From: an uncultured virus (IMG/VR IMGVR_UViG_3300020036_002912)
Lineage: Duplodnaviria > Heunggongvirae > Uroviricota > Caudoviricetes
Virus record (IMG/VR): IMGVR_UViG_3300020036_002912
Length of the DNA: 64,000 bases
Strand: one strand, 5' to 3'
This document shows positions 9,807 through 18,580 of the stretch, piece by piece. Position 1 is the stretch's first letter. The number at the start of each line of letters is the position of its first letter. The notes under the pieces are model-generated. The model was not told where the DNA came from and searched no databases. It worked only from the letters and a program-made list of their open reading frames with translations. The position numbers and the translations under genes were made by a program.

Positions 9807-9880
9807 TAGCAGGAGTGGGACTCGAACCCACGACCTTCGGATTATGAGTCCGACGAGCTAACCAACTGCTCCACCCTACA
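9807..9880 (-). tRNA. tRNA-Met(CAT), initiator-like
   Basis: Full cloverleaf; CTCATAA loop; 1:72 mismatch; fMet-type D arm GGAGCAGTTGGTTAGCTC; anticodon stem GGA rather than GGG; no encoded CCA. Confidence 0.9.
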
Positions 9881-9889
9881 ATATATAAA

Positions 9890-10207
9890 GCCGGTTATAC
9901 AGCCTAAATCAAACCACTGAGTCATATCATTACAACTCTTCAAACTTTACATAGGATTTGAAAGAGCTTTTTACTTTAGTACTTAATCTTTAGTGCGTAA
10001 GAACTTTTACTCTTGAACTTATAAACTTTTTGCTTTGATCTTTTAGCTTTTCAGTTTTTGAAGCTGGAATCGAACCAGCGACCTCTTGATTAACATTCAA
10101 GCGATCTAACCAACTGAGCTATTTTTCCATCGCAAGGAAATTTATGTAGTGGACTATTAACGCGACAGCCCAACGCGAATGATGTTTGTGGTTTTCGTAT
10201 AACCGGC
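9890..10207 (-). ncRNA. 318-nt structured RNA with tRNA-like module and AAAG repeats
   Basis: Perfect 11-bp end stem GCCGGTTATAC/GTATAACCGGC plus AAACCAC/GTGGTTT; no long ORF. Confidence 0.75.
10059..10128 (-). pseudogene. tRNA-Asn(GTT)-like module lacking acceptor stem
   Basis: D arm, anticodon arm CTTGA-ATGTTAA-TCAAG and T arm GCTGG-TTCGATT-CCAGC are present; 5' GGAAAAA cannot pair with 3' TTCAAAA. Confidence 0.75.
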
Positions 10208-10232
10208 AATATGTCAAAGAACAATTTGAGAA

Positions 10233-10853
10233 CTAGATCTCAATAAACGTCACGGCATTTGATTCTGATAATACAGCATCAATTTCCATTTCAAAGGTAT
10301 TAACTTCTTTGCTAAGTTCGTCAACTTTTTTATCCACACCTAATGGATCAAACAAATGGAACTCATTTGACTCCATGAACGGTTTGCGAACCGACTCCAT
10401 ATCCGAAGGAGATACCTTTGTATTGTCCTTGCCAAATGTGTGTTCTAAAATAACCTGGCAGTTCTTATTCACCTTCTCGTTGTTCTCGTTTAGGGCTGCG
10501 GTGATACGATTGTGTTTTGATTGTAATGTTTGAACAAGCGTTTTCTTGAACTTCACATTATCCTTTTCGGTGATCGCTTCTGCAACTGTCATTTCAACTT
10601 CTCCAACCTTTACTTTAGTTTTAGCGTTGCTTTCTACGATAAGGGCCTTGATCTTTTGTTTACGCTTAATTAAATCAATCGCACTGGTGTATTTAGATAG
10701 TGCGTCTGATTTAAAATCTTCCGGTTTTACATATCCGCCGATCAGCTTATCCTTTTGGTAGATAGCTGTAGGGCTAATGTCTGTGATTGCTTTTTCGATT
10801 CTGGAGTCAATAAGCTTTAATTCAGCCAATGCTCTGTGGATTGTTACTTTCAT
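10233..10853 (-). CDS. Long helical/coiled-coil protein (TIHRALAELK...IDAVLSESNAVTFIEI), possibly DIP1984/DUF6847-like
   Basis: Terminal motifs and internal MTVAEAI repeat recognised from memory; family unverified. Confidence 0.7.
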   Translation of the reverse strand: MKVTIHRALAELKLIDSRIEKAITDISPTAIYQKDKLIGGYVKPEDFKSDALSKYTSAIDLIKRKQKIKALIVESNAKTKVKVGEVEMTVAEAITEKDNVKFKKTLVQTLQSKHNRITAALNENNEKVNKNCQVILEHTFGKDNTKVSPSDMESVRKPFMESNEFHLFDPLGVDKKVDELSKEVNTFEMEIDAVLSESNAVTFIEI

Positions 10854-10895
10854 GTCTTTACTTGTTTTTAATGGTTAAACTTTAATTGTGAGTAC

Positions 10896-10940
10896 AAAGA
10901 TATAGTTTTAAACGATATGTTTTGATAAAAGTTACAAATA
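10896..10940 (-). promoter_or_regulatory. Bacteroidota-type promoter with TTGATAAAAGTTACAA box
   Basis: TATCTTTG -7 element on the minus strand; positioned to drive the coiled-coil gene and RNA cluster. Confidence 0.7.
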
Positions 10941-11559
10941 TTTTATGTTTTATTTATAACAGATTGATAGTTAGTGAGAAAAAAAAACAGCCAGAGGTGA
11001 GTCCGGCTGTCATTGTAAACTAAATTTTTAAAAGAAGTAAAAAAGTTAGACTATAAAGAACGTGATGCAAATATAGTACTAATTATTGAAAACACAAATC
11101 CCGACGCGTGGCCGGGATGTATGCTGCTTTAACCAATAAAACAAATATCTGATCTTCTATGGAAAGAAGCTTGATATGGATACAAATATACGGAATGTTC
11201 TTTTAACCACAAATAAATAGGGGTGAATAATTTTTTATACATTGATTTACATTGATTGATATACAAAGTAGGGTGGATTATAATAGAGCATAGCAATTAT
11301 TGTAAGTATCGCTGATTCGATTTAGGCAATATTAGGCAATTTGAACTAAAATCTTGTAATAACTATCTACAAAGCTCTATAAATGAAATTTAATTTTATT
11401 AATCTGTTAATCAATAAGATAATTAATTATTGAAATTATTTGCACTTTTTTGCAACTTTTATTTGTTTTGTATAGTATAATAGAGTAATTTTGTAATCAA
11501 ATAGGCGTTTACCCTTATTTTAGCAAAAGTCGGGTAAATTAATTTAACCAATAAATAAC

Positions 11560-11769
11560 ATGAAATACGTACAGAACATACCAATAGAATATCTTTTTGT
11601 AGTAGTGGTGGTATCAGTGATATTTGCCGTTATAGTAACATGTGTGAGGAATGCAGAAGAGAGAGACGAGGATGAGGTTTTGTTCAGACATCTTAATGGT
11701 ATGGATAGGGAGATAAAGAAACCTGAACTAGGGGATTCTCCATCCGCCGATCAGGAAGTGAAAAAATAA
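11560..11769 (+). CDS. Small membrane protein
   Basis: Hydrophobic YLFVVVVVSVIFAVIVTC. Confidence 0.65.
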   Translation: MKYVQNIPIEYLFVVVVVSVIFAVIVTCVRNAEERDEDEVLFRHLNGMDREIKKPELGDSPSADQEVKK

Positions 11770-11881
11770 TTGTTAAAAGATTTTGTTCTTTGAAATAAAT
11801 GTATTTACTTTGATGCATGATGCTTAGCGGCACTCACGTACAAAAGATTTTTTTTCGCGGATTTTTTTAAATCCATCTTAT

Positions 11882-11931
11882 AAATCAGCTCCCGTGATGC
11901 CGCTAATATCTAAAAGGAGCTGATTTTTTTT
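11882..11931 (+). terminator. Terminator/attenuator in leader of wHTH gene
   Basis: AAATCAGCTCC / GGAGCTGATTT followed by a T run. Confidence 0.65.
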
Positions 11932-11943
11932 CTTTCAAAACCG

Positions 11944-11994
11944 TTACACGGCTGTAAGATTTCAAGACATCTCCAAAATATTACAAATTTGTAA
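11944..11994. promoter_or_regulatory. Paired TTACA-N4-TGTAA boxes, copy 1
   Basis: Boxes at 11944 and 11981, 37 nt apart. Confidence 0.7.
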
Positions 11995-12009
11995 CGGTTT
12001 TATAACACT

Positions 12010-12756
12010 ATGTACATACATAAAAGGTATCTAAGAGAGCACGTAACTGATAAGAAATCGGTTAACGAACTCGCTTTTTTCCTTTTGTTAAAGACAAAGT
12101 TCCCTAGCTCTATAATATACTCAGAAGGCAAGTTTACCGAAATGAGCGAAAGAATAGGGGTGGATCGCCGAACAGCCAGAAAGTATTTTATAGCCCTTAT
12201 CGAAAAAGGGTTAATTCATAAAAGAGGGAAACATTACCGCGCGATCAGCATAGAGAAAGAATTTGAATACAAACTAAAGACAACCGGAAAGAAAGACAGA
12301 AAATGGAGAAATAAGTACTACAGGTTGTTTTTAAAGAAGCGTTACACGTTTAAAGATTACAAAAACATTATAAGGGGACTTTTAGTAAAGTCATTCTATC
12401 AATCAAAAGCACTATCAACAATAACAAAACAGATGCGAGAGCATAATTCTAAAAGGGTTAATAAGATTTGTAGGCTATCCTCAACATTGGGGGTAAAATC
12501 CAAGTCTGCTGAAACCGAATCTGTACCGATGAGTGTGTTTTTTTTAGGCAGAATGATGGGTGTTTCTAAGTCCACTGCACAAAGAACAATGGATGGCCTA
12601 GTGAAGATGAAGCTTGTTTATAAAAAAGTAGGCGAGTGGGAAAGAAGAGGGCTTAAAAGATGTTTGAGGGCAGAGATCAAGGATAATCTCCCGTATGGCA
12701 TATTTTGTCACAACGGGGTGGTATATCAAAAGCACATTAATAAATACGTTATTTAA
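12010..12756 (+). CDS. Basic double winged-HTH protein, putative replication initiator
   Basis: Two HTH patterns (MSERIGVDRRTARKY; LGRMMGVSKSTAQR). Confidence 0.6.
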   Translation: MYIHKRYLREHVTDKKSVNELAFFLLLKTKFPSSIIYSEGKFTEMSERIGVDRRTARKYFIALIEKGLIHKRGKHYRAISIEKEFEYKLKTTGKKDRKWRNKYYRLFLKKRYTFKDYKNIIRGLLVKSFYQSKALSTITKQMREHNSKRVNKICRLSSTLGVKSKSAETESVPMSVFFLGRMMGVSKSTAQRTMDGLVKMKLVYKKVGEWERRGLKRCLRAEIKDNLPYGIFCHNGVVYQKHINKYVI

Positions 12757-12869
12757 CAATTTTGACATTATAGATGTACAAAAAATGGGAACTACTTTCT
12801 GGGTTAATTATATATATTATATATTAGTAATATAGTTATAGTAGACGGATGTGCCCGCGATAAAAAAAA

Positions 12870-13364
12870 ATGAGCAGAAAATTCATAGCATATTTTGATG
12901 GGGCATGTGGCCCTATAAATCCTGGTGGAGATGTTGGGGTTGGATCTATAATTTTTAATGTTACGAATACCAACATTGTGCTTCATAAGTTTGGACCAAT
13001 AGCACCGGTTATGCCAACTTGGGAGGAAGCGTTTAAATGTTCAAAGTTTTATAAGAGCTTTGAATTAGGGCGCACGTCTAACAATGTTGCTGAATACATG
13101 GCGTTTCATGAGTGTGCTGTTTGGATTAAGGAAAACGCTAAAAAAGAAGATGGTGTTTTGTTTCTGGGAGATTCTAAGTTAGTAGTTAATCAAATGAATA
13201 ATTTTTGGCGGATAAAAGACGGGATTTATAAAGAAAGCGCTTTAGAGGCAAAGGAAGTTTACAATAGCATTGAAGTTAAGAATAAATTTGTGTCATGGAT
13301 ACCGCGAGAGTTTAACACGGTGGCTGACGATCTAAGTAAATTAGAAGGAAAGTTTAAATACTAA
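12870..13364 (+). CDS. Ribonuclease HI-like protein
   Basis: YFDGAC, SNNVAEYMA, GDSKLVVNQM, WIPREFNTVADDLS. Confidence 0.92.
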   Translation: MSRKFIAYFDGACGPINPGGDVGVGSIIFNVTNTNIVLHKFGPIAPVMPTWEEAFKCSKFYKSFELGRTSNNVAEYMAFHECAVWIKENAKKEDGVLFLGDSKLVVNQMNNFWRIKDGIYKESALEAKEVYNSIEVKNKFVSWIPREFNTVADDLSKLEGKFKY

Positions 13365-13524
13365 GTATGACCTCACAAGAACAGAGTAAAAAGATGCTTG
13401 AAAGATATGGCGAGGAAGCCTACAATAAAGCATTAGATAAAGTAAAAAAGGCCAAGGGCATAAAACAGGAAGTGTTTTGGAAATGCGTGGCTTATCATCT
13501 TAAAACCAATAAACCTAAATAAAT

Positions 13525-14244
13525 ATGAAAGTAAGAATTAAGAAATGCGGTAGTGATAAATCTACCTATAAAAACCTTGTTGGAGAAACGTTTGATGTGT
13601 TTACAGATTGTGATGGATTTTATGCTTTAGACGTTAATGGGCGCGGTATCTTTGTTGAAAAACAAGACTGCGAAGTGGTGGATGAAGCTATTGTTTACAA
13701 AGAAAATGCGTCAGGCGATGGATGTCCACCAAAATTTAACCGATCAGAAAACAAACAAACTATGGAAAAACAAATAAAAATGTCGATCGAAACCGCGATA
13801 CGAATGTATAATGACGTTAACTTGCCAAACTACTTAACCCCTTTAATTTTAGAAAACTTCACTAAAGAAGAGCTTGAACCTAAAAAAGGATTTACATGGG
13901 AGGATAGTTATGAAGCTGAAGGTTATTGTATTACTATGGATGGTTCGTATAAAGTAAAAGGAAATGGCTATAAAAGCGCATTCAAAACCCGCGAACAGGC
14001 CGAATCAGCCTTAGCCTTCGCGCAACTTAGTCACATCGTGGCTAAATATAATGAGGGAAAGATGTTTGGATTTCCAGGGGAAGAACCAATTTACTATTAT
14101 GTAACCAAGTATAACGGAAAAGACTTATGTATAAATAACGATTCTCAAGAGTTTCTTAATTTACCATTCTGTGATTTTGAAGACGCTAAAACCTCAATGG
14201 AAGTGAATGTAGATTTGTGGAAAAAATACTGGATGCTTAAATAA
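13525..14244 (+). CDS. Hypothetical protein
   Basis: 239-aa ORF. Confidence 0.65.
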   Translation: MKVRIKKCGSDKSTYKNLVGETFDVFTDCDGFYALDVNGRGIFVEKQDCEVVDEAIVYKENASGDGCPPKFNRSENKQTMEKQIKMSIETAIRMYNDVNLPNYLTPLILENFTKEELEPKKGFTWEDSYEAEGYCITMDGSYKVKGNGYKSAFKTREQAESALAFAQLSHIVAKYNEGKMFGFPGEEPIYYYVTKYNGKDLCINNDSQEFLNLPFCDFEDAKTSMEVNVDLWKKYWMLK

Positions 14245-14372
14245 CTTAAAACCAAATAACCAATGACACAATTTAATGAATGGGAAAACCCACCGGCACC
14301 AGTGCCACCGTTAGGGCATAGCATGTACCCACAGCAGATAGGAAAGCCAAACCTTTTAAGAGAATTTACTAT

Positions 14373-14576
14373 ATGATACAATTAGATTATTTACCTAGTT
14401 TTGCCTTTAGGTGTAAGCAGAAGTTCACATGGCACAGGATGGAGGAAGAAAAGCCTATGGCTGATAAGAAAGAAGCCCTTGCAAGGAAGAGGGAGTTAGG
14501 AGAATATAAATGTCCCACAGGGTATAGAATAATTAAACATCAAAATAAATACTTTCTATATGAAAAAAAAGATTAA
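14373..14576 (+). CDS. Hypothetical protein
   Basis: 67-aa ORF in the rightward block. Confidence 0.5.
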   Translation: MIQLDYLPSFAFRCKQKFTWHRMEEEKPMADKKEALARKRELGEYKCPTGYRIIKHQNKYFLYEKKD

Positions 14577-14695
14577 CTATCCGGCGGATGCTCCAGATAA
14601 AAAAGCCATTAAGCCTAATGTATTTAAAGGCACTATTACATCAGCAGTGGAGAATTTAGAACAACTATTCTGTTATACATTTAAAAGAAATAAAG

Positions 14696-15085
14696 ATGAG
14701 AGAAATTAAATTTAGAGGATGGAATGGTGAAAAAATGCTTATGTATTCTTCGTGGTTTACATTAAACAGAAATGAAACATTATGTTTTGAAGAACCACCA
14801 CATAATTATGTTGACGATTCAGATGTAGATTACCCTACAAGAATAATACCGATGCAGTACACGGGATTACTTGATAAACACGGAAAAGAGATTTATGAGG
14901 GCGATATTGTTAATGGAGCTTCGTTTAATGGCAGTTACGCATACGGTAAAATAATCTATTGGAAAGATAGATATGTGATAAAACCTATTGGTAGATTTGT
15001 TGAAGGAATTGCAGATTTATATTATCACGTTTCTTGCCTTGAAGTGATTGGAAACGAATTTGAAAACCCAGAATTATTAAATTAA
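14696..15085 (+). CDS. YopX family protein
   Basis: MREIKFRGW...MQYTGLLDKHGKEIYEGDIV...EVIGNEFENPELL. Confidence 0.92.
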   Translation: MREIKFRGWNGEKMLMYSSWFTLNRNETLCFEEPPHNYVDDSDVDYPTRIIPMQYTGLLDKHGKEIYEGDIVNGASFNGSYAYGKIIYWKDRYVIKPIGRFVEGIADLYYHVSCLEVIGNEFENPELLN

Positions 15086-15086
15086 T

Positions 15087-15620
15087 ATGAACATAAAAAC
15101 AAATAACTACCCCCACCTTCCGCCGATAACAGGAAACAATAAAGAGAGAGTGTTCACTAAGCATTGGGCTAACTTACCTTTGCATATTAATCCCAACGAA
15201 ATGGCTATCCTATCGTTTTTAACGTATCAGGCTAAGGCGGATAATACATTTAAGTATTCAGTGGAGCTGTTGCAGAGATATGTTAAGGCAGTGAGATATG
15301 CAAATGACGAATACAATCCTAGTGGTAAGAAGCGATTAAGAATGCCTAATGGACTTGCTACAACACCCGGATTTATAAAGCTGTTTATGGATCTAATGAT
15401 AGATCACGGATGGTTACTAAGCACTACAGTGAAGAATGTGTACATGATCAATCCCATGCTCACGTATGTTCCTTACTATGTAGGCAAGGAGCAATACAAG
15501 GAGATGTGTTTGTTGTATAAGGCACGGCCGGCGGATGTAGTGGAATATTTCAAAGGAATAGTGAATGGCAAGGTGAATAGCAAGAAGGGTAAAAACGCAC
15601 ATATTTTTTGGCAGGGATAA
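15087..15620 (+). CDS. wHTH/RepL-like protein
   Basis: KNVYMINP motif; stop codon overlaps attC-like site E. Confidence 0.55.
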   Translation: MNIKTNNYPHLPPITGNNKERVFTKHWANLPLHINPNEMAILSFLTYQAKADNTFKYSVELLQRYVKAVRYANDEYNPSGKKRLRMPNGLATTPGFIKLFMDLMIDHGWLLSTTVKNVYMINPMLTYVPYYVGKEQYKEMCLLYKARPADVVEYFKGIVNGKVNSKKGKNAHIFWQG

Positions 15621-15745
15621 CGAATACGGCTATGTGTAGTGCCGATGTTAAAACTTACACAAAACTTAATAAAAGGAACTAAAGATGGAAGATTTAGAAA
15701 TATTCGATAAAAGCGGAAAGGCATTATATATAGCCGATGTTAGCG
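15615..15745 (-). repeat. attC-like site E
   Basis: GGATAAC-gaata-CGGCTATGTGTAGTGCC ... GGCATTATATATAGCCG-at-GTTAGCG; contains the MTase ATG. Confidence 0.8.
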
Positions 15746-16467
15746 GTAGTGCTTTATTTCAAGGCGATTGCTTAGATATTATGCCTTTGATACCTGCTAA
15801 ATCGGTTCAACTTATTTTAGCTGATTTGCCTTATGGTACAACTCAAAATAAATGGGATTCAATTATAGACTTGGATTTACTTTGGGTGCAATATAAAAGG
15901 GTTTTAAAAGATAACGGTGCTATTGTTCTAACTTGTACACAGCCATTTACCAGCAAATTAGTAAGCTCAAATTATGAATGGTTTAAATATGATTGGACTT
16001 GGCAAAAGCCAAAAGGAACAGGGCATTTAAACGCTAAAAAACAACCAATGAGAGATAAAGAGGATATTGTTGTTTTTTACAATAAGCCATGTATTTACAA
16101 CCCACAAATGACAGAAGGTACACCATATAAAGATAAAGCAGGTAAAGACCATACGAAAAAAACTTCGATGACTGGCTCTTATGGTAACTACACTAATTAC
16201 AGGGAAGAAAATACAGGATTTAGATACCCAAAACAAGTGTTAAAATTTGGTGTAGTTGAACGAGGAACTTTACACCCAACAGAAAAGCCTTTGGATTTAA
16301 TGAAATACCTTATAAAAACATACTCAAATGAAACCGATATGGTTTTAGACAACACAATGGGAAGCGGAACTACTTGTTTAGCTGCAAAAGAACTTAATCG
16401 TAAATTTATCGGTATTGAAAAAGAACCTAAATATTATGAGATTGCCTGTCAGCGGTGCGGTTTTTAG
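15685..16467 (+). CDS. Beta-class N4/N6 DNA methyltransferase (cassette-borne)
   Basis: DLPYG catalytic motif precedes HPTEKP and LDNTMGSGTT motif I. Confidence 0.92.
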   Translation: MEDLEIFDKSGKALYIADVSGSALFQGDCLDIMPLIPAKSVQLILADLPYGTTQNKWDSIIDLDLLWVQYKRVLKDNGAIVLTCTQPFTSKLVSSNYEWFKYDWTWQKPKGTGHLNAKKQPMRDKEDIVVFYNKPCIYNPQMTEGTPYKDKAGKDHTKKTSMTGSYGNYTNYREENTGFRYPKQVLKFGVVERGTLHPTEKPLDLMKYLIKTYSNETDMVLDNTMGSGTTCLAAKELNRKFIGIEKEPKYYEIACQRCGF

Positions 16468-16473
16468 CATTAC

Positions 16474-16552
16474 TGCTAACGTTTGGCAGCTAACAGAAGG
16501 CGGCTTTTTAGCAAACATAGTATGTGCCGCTTTTTGTTAGGTGCTGTTAGGT
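16474..16552 (-). repeat. attC-like site F
   Basis: TGCTAAC-gtttg-GCAGCTAACAGAAGGCGGC ... GCCGCTTTTTGTTAGGTGC-t-GTTAGGT. Confidence 0.8.
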
Positions 16553-16599
16553 ATCAGTATTTTTAAACAGAGGGGGAGAAATTAAAAACTAAAATTATT

Positions 16600-16926
16600 A
16601 TGAAAAGTAGAATTGAAATATTAGACCAATTAGCCATTAAATGGGGTGGCAAAGATGGAGTTGAATCATTTGAGGATTACTGCCAATTTTATAGTTGGGA
16701 TGCAATTATATCGCTTGTAATGATAGCGATGCAAGAAATTGAATTGCAAGGAATGAAATTTGGTAGAGTAAAAGCAACTGTAAATAATAATCTTTTGCTA
16801 AAACACCAAGAACTTACACAATGGATTGAGGAAGAAATTAGCGATGAAAAAGATAATGTTGTTGAGCCTTCGCATGATTTTTTAAATATTCTATTTGAAA
16901 AAATACACAAATTAAACCACGATTAA
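16600..16926 (+). CDS. Cassette-borne hypothetical protein
   Basis: 108-aa ORF. Confidence 0.65.
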   Translation: MKSRIEILDQLAIKWGGKDGVESFEDYCQFYSWDAIISLVMIAMQEIELQGMKFGRVKATVNNNLLLKHQELTQWIEEEISDEKDNVVEPSHDFLNILFEKIHKLNHD

Positions 16927-16928
16927 TT

Positions 16929-17330
16929 ATGCAGACAAAAGAAGAAAATCTACAAATGAAACTTGAAGCAAGAGATTTAGAAATAGTTGCTTTAAAAGAT
17001 GCTTTATTTATGAGAAATCAAATGATACAGCGATTAGATAAAGATATTAACCAATTAGATAAGGAAAATAAAACCTTAACCGAAATAGCTGATAGTGCAA
17101 CTGCAAGGCTTAATGATAGTTCAGATTTTAATATTAAACTCCATATAAAAAATAGAGAATTAAGAAACGAAATTGAAAGAGAATGTAAAAACTTTGGTGA
17201 ATTTATCGGACACAATTTTAGCACTACAAACCATGCTGAAAGATGGGAGTGCGATAATACACACGAACTTTACGACATAGAAGAACTTTACGCTAAGTAC
17301 GTCCAACACACACAGGCGGGGAGGGTTTAA
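16929..17330 (+). CDS. Cassette-borne coiled-coil protein
   Basis: 133-aa ORF. Confidence 0.65.
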   Translation: MQTKEENLQMKLEARDLEIVALKDALFMRNQMIQRLDKDINQLDKENKTLTEIADSATARLNDSSDFNIKLHIKNRELRNEIERECKNFGEFIGHNFSTTNHAERWECDNTHELYDIEELYAKYVQHTQAGRV

Positions 17331-17339
17331 AAATATTGT

Positions 17340-17418
17340 ACCTAACGGACGGAGCTTTGCGCTGATTGGCTTTTATAAGCGGTTAGTTTGAGCCGCTTGC
17401 CATTAGGTGCTGTTAGTT
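17340..17418 (-). repeat. Degenerate/hybrid attC-like site G
   Basis: ACCTAAC-ggacg... TTAGGTGC-t-GTTAGTT; cores present but arms pair poorly. Confidence 0.55.
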
Positions 17419-17585
17419 GGTGCGTGAGCCTGTGGGTTGATTCTGTTTGTTTTTGTTCTTTTTTAAGAAGGGAAGGAAAAAAACAATTCTTTGATTTACA
17501 GCAAGTTACGAAATAATTGAAAGATTTATTTGTATATATGAAATATACGCTATATATTTGTATCAGAAATTAAAACAATAACAAA

Positions 17586-17768
17586 ATGGAAAACGTAATC
17601 GCAACTAAAGAATTAAAAGGTGGAGCTACTAAACAAGTAATCGCTTTAAGAGATGAATTTGTAATTAGAACAATTTTTACAAACGGAGCTGCGCCTCACT
17701 ACTTTAAAAAGTATTTCACAACTGAAAAAGCAGCTGTTAAAATGTTTAACCAATTAATAGCAATGTAA
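17586..17768 (+). CDS. Hypothetical protein with own TATATTTG promoter (~17553)
   Basis: 60-aa ORF. Confidence 0.6.
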   Translation: MENVIATKELKGGATKQVIALRDEFVIRTIFTNGAAPHYFKKYFTTEKAAVKMFNQLIAM

Positions 17769-18070
17769 TGACACCAAGAGAAATAATACAAGAAATTAAA
17801 GCCTCTCCAATAAATGAGAGGCAAGCTGAAAAAAATATATGTGATGCTGTTTTGAATCCATTATATGATTTACAACAAACCTGTTTAAATGCAATGAACG
17901 CACTTGATACAAATATTTTTGTTTTATTGTATTCTGATGATGATGGATATAAAAGAAGGGAAGGATTTATAAATGAAAAAAAAGCATATAGCGATATGTT
18001 TACGGAAATAAACAAAAAAGTAGAATTATTAGAACATTATAAGGAAACAGGAAATTATGGAGAGTTATGA
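17768..18070 (+). CDS. Hypothetical protein
   Basis: 100 aa, TAATG coupling. Confidence 0.6.
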   Translation: MTPREIIQEIKASPINERQAEKNICDAVLNPLYDLQQTCLNAMNALDTNIFVLLYSDDDGYKRREGFINEKKAYSDMFTEINKKVELLEHYKETGNYGEL

Positions 18071-18163
18071 AATTTGGGAATGGTTTACTAATAATATACA
18101 GTTAATTTTATTAGTATTTATATTGATAGAGTTAAGGGAAATTAATAAACGAGAAATAAAAAA

Positions 18164-18457
18164 ATGAAAAAACTACTTGATTTAAGCGAAACGTGTGTAA
18201 AAACACTAAGCAAAAGAGCCATTGATGAGAATACGAATTTCAAATTATTAGCTCAGGCTATTTTGGAACGTGAGGCAACCCCAATGGGGTATGACACGTT
18301 GTTAGGCGTTGTTGTTTCTTCTCCAAAATGTGCAGTAAAAGTAGTTTCAACTGGGGAACATTGCCCTGAAACAGGAATACATAGAATTGATGATACAGAT
18401 GAGTATTTATGTGAAAGGTGTTATGAGAATTGGATGCGTTCTCACAATAACGCCTAA
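18164..18457 (+). CDS. Small protein: RHH-like N-terminus fused across half-site H to a CxxC-containing segment
   Basis: Contains GTATGACACG-tt-GTTAGGCGTTGTTG at 18289-18314; stop in the TAAC of site I. Confidence 0.55.
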   Translation: MKKLLDLSETCVKTLSKRAIDENTNFKLLAQAILEREATPMGYDTLLGVVVSSPKCAVKVVSTGEHCPETGIHRIDDTDEYLCERCYENWMRSHNNA

Positions 18458-18580
18458 CGGTTACAGCCTTATTTAGTGTGGGCTTAGAAAGCACTAAACA
18501 ATCTTAAAATACAAACAAAATGAGTAGCAATAACGAAAATGAACCGATTAATCCCACATTGAATAAGGCTGATGTTATAA
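18452..18580 (-). repeat. attC-like site I
   Basis: GCCTAAC-ggtta-CAGCCTTATTTAGTGTGGG ... CCCACATTGAATAAGGCTG-at-GTTATAA; contains ATG 18520. Confidence 0.8.

Noticed and set aside
10059..10128. Functional tRNA-Asn
   Set aside because: The acceptor stem cannot form; the module is embedded in a larger stem-closed RNA
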